In this document: one piece after another, positions 35,609 through 38,138 of the stretch
How positions within the stretch are numbered: the first letter of the stretch is position 1
How the letters are laid out: every line of letters starts with the position of its first letter
DNA from: Puniceicoccales bacterium
Lineage (GTDB): Bacteria > Verrucomicrobiota > Verrucomicrobiia > Opitutales > JAIRKQ01
DNA length: 38,138 nucleotides
Direction: 5' to 3'
Assembly (NCBI GenBank): GCA_031289835.1
Contig: JAITOW010000007.1
Location: 1 to 38,138, forward strand
Position numbers and translations under genes: made by a program
The notes under the pieces: generated by a model
What the model saw: only the letters and a program-made list of their open reading frames with translations
The model's database searches: none
Told to the model about the DNA's origin: nothing

Positions 35609-36583
35609 TCAATAATTTTCCTGAATATAAGCCACAAAAGCTATCATGGCTGCATTATCGCTCGTATGCAACGGGGTTGGGAAAAAAAACGGGATTTCAT
35701 TTGCCTGGGCTAAAATTGCCAATCGTTCGCGCAAGCAACCATTGTTTGCAACACCACCGCATACGCCAAGACTTCTAATGGACGGAGTCAGGGCCTGCCC
35801 GGTTTTTTTTGCAAGAATGTCGACGATCGCGGCTTGATAGGAAGCGCAAATGTCACACTTGTTGCGATCAAAGTCCATGTCCGACTGCTTTTCCAGAAAA
35901 TACCTCAAACTTGTTTTCAATCCGGAAAAACTGAATTTAATTTCGTCCGTGTCGTAGTACGCACGCGGAAATTTAAACCTTTTACCATCGCCAGTTTTTG
36001 CCAATTTTTCGATTAAATGGCCACCCGGATAGGGTAATCCAAGCAATTTCGCCCCCTTATCGAACGCTTCTCCAGCAGCATCATCCCGCGTGCCACCGAT
36101 TAATTCAATTTTCCCAGATTCATGCACAACCTGCAGCAAAGTATTTCCGCCGGAAACCAGCAAACTGAGATGGGGCAAGTAAGTCCTAAAGGCCTCGATA
36201 AAATCCGCACCGAGCGCCTTGTGCAACTCGATAAACGGCGAAAATATGTGACCGTGCAAATGGTTTATCCCCAGAACAGGTTTCCCCCAGATCATGGCCA
36301 GAGCATTGGCCGCAACGCGCCCGATTGCCAGACAACCCGGCAACCCAGGTTCCACGGTTACAGCAATGGCATCGATCATGTCCGGGGAAAAATTTTCATG
36401 CAAGTCGTCAAAAAGTGGGCAAAAATTTCTAATGTGTTCGCGTGCAGCCAGTTCGGGGACCACACCTCCGTATTCGCCGTGCAGAGCAATCTGCGAATAC
36501 ACCTCCTCGAAAACAACGCCGGTTGCACGATCAAAAACCGCAACCGCCGATTCATCGCAAGAACTTTCGATGCCCACAATCAC
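35609..36583 (-). CDS. tsaD: tRNA N6-adenosine threonylcarbamoyltransferase TsaD
   Basis: Kae1/TsaD motifs GIESSCDESAVAV, HGHIFSP, LLVSGGNT and GVCGGVANN. Confidence 0.94.
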   Translation of the reverse strand: MIVGIESSCDESAVAVFDRATGVVFEEVYSQIALHGEYGGVVPELAAREHIRNFCPLFDDLHENFSPDMIDAIAVTVEPGLPGCLAIGRVAANALAMIWGKPVLGINHLHGHIFSPFIELHKALGADFIEAFRTYLPHLSLLVSGGNTLLQVVHESGKIELIGGTRDDAAGEAFDKGAKLLGLPYPGGHLIEKLAKTGDGKRFKFPRAYYDTDEIKFSFSGLKTSLRYFLEKQSDMDFDRNKCDICASYQAAIVDILAKKTGQALTPSIRSLGVCGGVANNGCLRERLAILAQANEIPFFFPTPLHTSDNAAMIAFVAYIQENY

Positions 36584-36793
36584 GGCGTTTCAATAATCCA
36601 CTGCGTTTTTTCGGCAAGGCTTATCACTGCGCGAAACTTAAAACAAGAAACGAGGCAAGCGAGACAGAAAAGCAATTTGTGCAAATTTCTGCTTGTCAAC
36701 GCCAAATTTTTTGCATGATTGCGCTCATTAATTCAACAAAGAATTCCGAGGTTTGACGGCTTGGTGTACTTGCCATCGAATAAGGAGCTAATC

Positions 36794-37675
36794 ATGAAAA
36801 CTTCACCAAAAGAATTGTTTGAAGCGGGTGTTCATGTCGGGCATCGGCAGAAGCGTTGGAACCCAAAGACGCGTCCGTACATATATGACCATCGCGGTGG
36901 AATAAGTATTATTAATCTCGAAAAAACATGCGAACAAATCGATAGGGCGTGGGATTTTATGAGCAATTTGATCGCGTCCGGCCAAGATATCTGGTTTGTT
37001 GGCACCAAAAAGCAGGCACGGGATATTATAAAAGAAGGGGCAGGTGCGGTTGAGATGCCATTTTGTGCAAATCGTTGGCTCGGAGGCACATTAACCAATT
37101 TTCAAACGATCGAGCGCAGCCTATTGAAGTACAAAAAATTTTTAAAGATGGAGGAGGAAGGCGAGTTAGCCAAGCTCCCAAAGAAGGAGGGGGCTTCGAT
37201 CAAACGTGTGATGAACAAAATGCACAATAATTTCGAAGGTATGATGAAAATTAAATCATTGCCTGGGGCTCTGTTCATAATCGATGTGAAGTATGAATAC
37301 ATCGCCGTTGCCGAAGCGACCCGTGTCGGCGTGCCGGTGGTTGCTATGGTCGACACGAACTCCGACCCGACCACGGTCGAGTATCCAATTTTATCGAATG
37401 ACGATTCGGTGAAATCCATCCGCTTGATTCTGGGAATCCTGCTGGAAGGAGTGCAAGATGGCCTGTCAAAACGTATGGTCAAGCACGGTGAAGGGAAGAG
37501 ATTGATAACAAAGGATGAGCTCGTTAAAATCGAGCCGGATGTGACCATAGGCGTCGACATCGACACGGAATCAGTCGGAGATCCGGAAGAGGGAGAAAAA
37601 TCCGCAACCAAGCCAAAGCGCAAGCGCGCGGCAAAAAAAACCATAACCGAAGAAACTGAGGAGAAGGCTGAATGA
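36794..37675 (+). CDS. rpsB: 30S ribosomal protein S2
   Basis: MKTSPKELFEAGVHVGHRQKRWNPK, preceded by TAAGGAG 6 nt upstream of the ATG at 36794; the ORF-track start at 36719 is too long. It has a charged C-terminal tail. Confidence 0.95.
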   Translation: MKTSPKELFEAGVHVGHRQKRWNPKTRPYIYDHRGGISIINLEKTCEQIDRAWDFMSNLIASGQDIWFVGTKKQARDIIKEGAGAVEMPFCANRWLGGTLTNFQTIERSLLKYKKFLKMEEEGELAKLPKKEGASIKRVMNKMHNNFEGMMKIKSLPGALFIIDVKYEYIAVAEATRVGVPVVAMVDTNSDPTTVEYPILSNDDSVKSIRLILGILLEGVQDGLSKRMVKHGEGKRLITKDELVKIEPDVTIGVDIDTESVGDPEEGEKSATKPKRKRAAKKTITEETEEKAE

Positions 37676-38138
37676 GTACTATAAATGCGAGCATGGTAAG
37701 CGAACTTAGGCAAAGGACAGGTGCCAGTTTGATGGAATGCAAAAAAGCTCTCGTCGAAGCCAATGGAAATTTCGAAGAAGCAACGGTGATCCTCAAAAAG
37801 AGGGGAATCGTCTCCGCTGAAAAGAAGGCGGGGCGCGATGTGAGCGAGGGGGCCGTACAGGCGTACATACACCCGGGGGCGCGCGTCGGCGTGTTACTCG
37901 AGTTAAAATGTGAAACTGACTTCGTTGCAAAAAATGAAGAATTTCTAAAATTGGCGCGGGATATATGCATGCACATTGCCGCAATGTCTCCGAAGTATGT
38001 TTCTCCGGAAGATGTTCCCGCCGAAGATGTTGCCAAGGAACGCGAAATTGCAGCGGATCAGTGCAAGGGCAAACCGGCAAATGCCATCGAAAGGATCGTT
38101 GAAGGCAAGCTTGCAAAGTGGTACGGAGAGCAATGTTT
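37672..38138 (+). CDS. tsf: elongation factor Ts (5' part; runs off the window end)
   Basis: Absent from the ORF track because no stop is reached. My hand translation is MSTINASMVSELRQRTGASLMECKKALVEANGNFEEATVILKKRG...LELKCETDFVAKNEEF, with the EF-Ts UBA-like N-domain and the ETDFVA motif. An ATGA overlap joins it to the rpsB stop. Confidence 0.93.
   Translation, partial: MSTINASMVSELRQRTGASLMECKKALVEANGNFEEATVILKKRGIVSAEKKAGRDVSEGAVQAYIHPGARVGVLLELKCETDFVAKNEEFLKLARDICMHIAAMSPKYVSPEDVPAEDVAKEREIAADQCKGKPANAIERIVEGKLAKWYGEQC

Noticed and set aside
36584-36793. Promoter or leader calls in the 210-nt tsaD/rpsB divergent region: TTGTCA-N17-TGATTG, TTGACG-N17-TCGAAT, and a GCAAATTT direct repeat.
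   Set aside because: Several weak, mutually exclusive -35/-10 combinations exist. The best-spaced one would start transcription inside the Shine-Dalgarno sequence. Without 5'-end data none can be supported.
37102-37872. Long antisense ORFs opposite well-supported genes: 256 aa opposite rpsB/tsf, 298 aa (32805-33701) opposite glyA, 266 aa (14682-15482) opposite ppx, 198 aa (36122-36718) opposite tsaD, and 179 aa (19771-20310) opposite dnaB.
   Set aside because: Each lies entirely within a gene whose product has unmistakable family motifs. Their translations are low-complexity (Ser/Arg/Pro-rich) with no recognisable domains. They are typical shadow ORFs.

Overview
This is a gene-dense, moderately AT-rich chromosomal segment made up almost entirely of core housekeeping genes. 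No database search was possible, so every call rests on motifs I recognise in the supplied translations and on reading the DNA by eye.

Gene order:
- Plus strand: tRNA-Ser(UGA), an alanine/glycine:cation symporter, then tRNA-Val(GAC)-rpsU-rpmF-plsX-fabH, a BamD-like TPR lipoprotein, a small LptE-like lipoprotein and rpe.
- Minus strand: GT8 glycosyltransferase-ppx-rluD-orf116, a terminator, then nusA-infB-rbfA-nrnA-truB and a truncated ribF.
- Plus strand: rplY-pth-rpsF-ssb-rplI-dnaB-bamA.
- Minus strand: a 623-aa long-form GreA.
- Plus strand: an orphan prepilin-like gene, rpsR and sua5/tsaC.
- Minus strand: Gfo/Idh/MocA oxidoreductase, a tandem-AP2 protein, a DUF167 protein, lepB and a PPi-type PFK.
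- Then tRNA-Gly(UCC) on the plus strand, followed on the minus strand by tsaD, a terminator, thrS-glyA and a DUF1559 prepilin-like gene.
- Plus strand: rpsB and the 5' part of tsf, which runs off the window.

Several markers suggest a member of the PVC superphylum (Verrucomicrobia, Lentisphaerae or a Chlamydiae relative). These are the DUF1559 (DGH-motif) prepilin-like protein, the long GreA, the PPi-PFK signature and the long LepB. This placement is an inference.

I found no CRISPR array, transposase, integrase, prophage, toxin-antitoxin pair or recognisable defence genes, and I cannot honestly point to a convincing novel multi-gene system. The most unusual items are:
- the long GreA, whose N-terminal extension carries a Tudor-like motif;
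- a stand-alone tandem-AP2 DNA-binding protein with direct repeats in its promoter region;
- an unidentifiable 116-aa ORF where rimP is expected, followed by a clean terminator only 27 nt before nusA;
- a long hairpin with a U-tract between tsaD and thrS whose loop is a (GGUGU)3 repeat containing UGGUA;
- a ribF that stops exactly at the riboflavin-kinase domain boundary;
- rpsR displaced from the rpsF-ssb-rplI cluster;
- a decayed partial tRNA-Gly copy immediately upstream of the intact tRNA-Gly.
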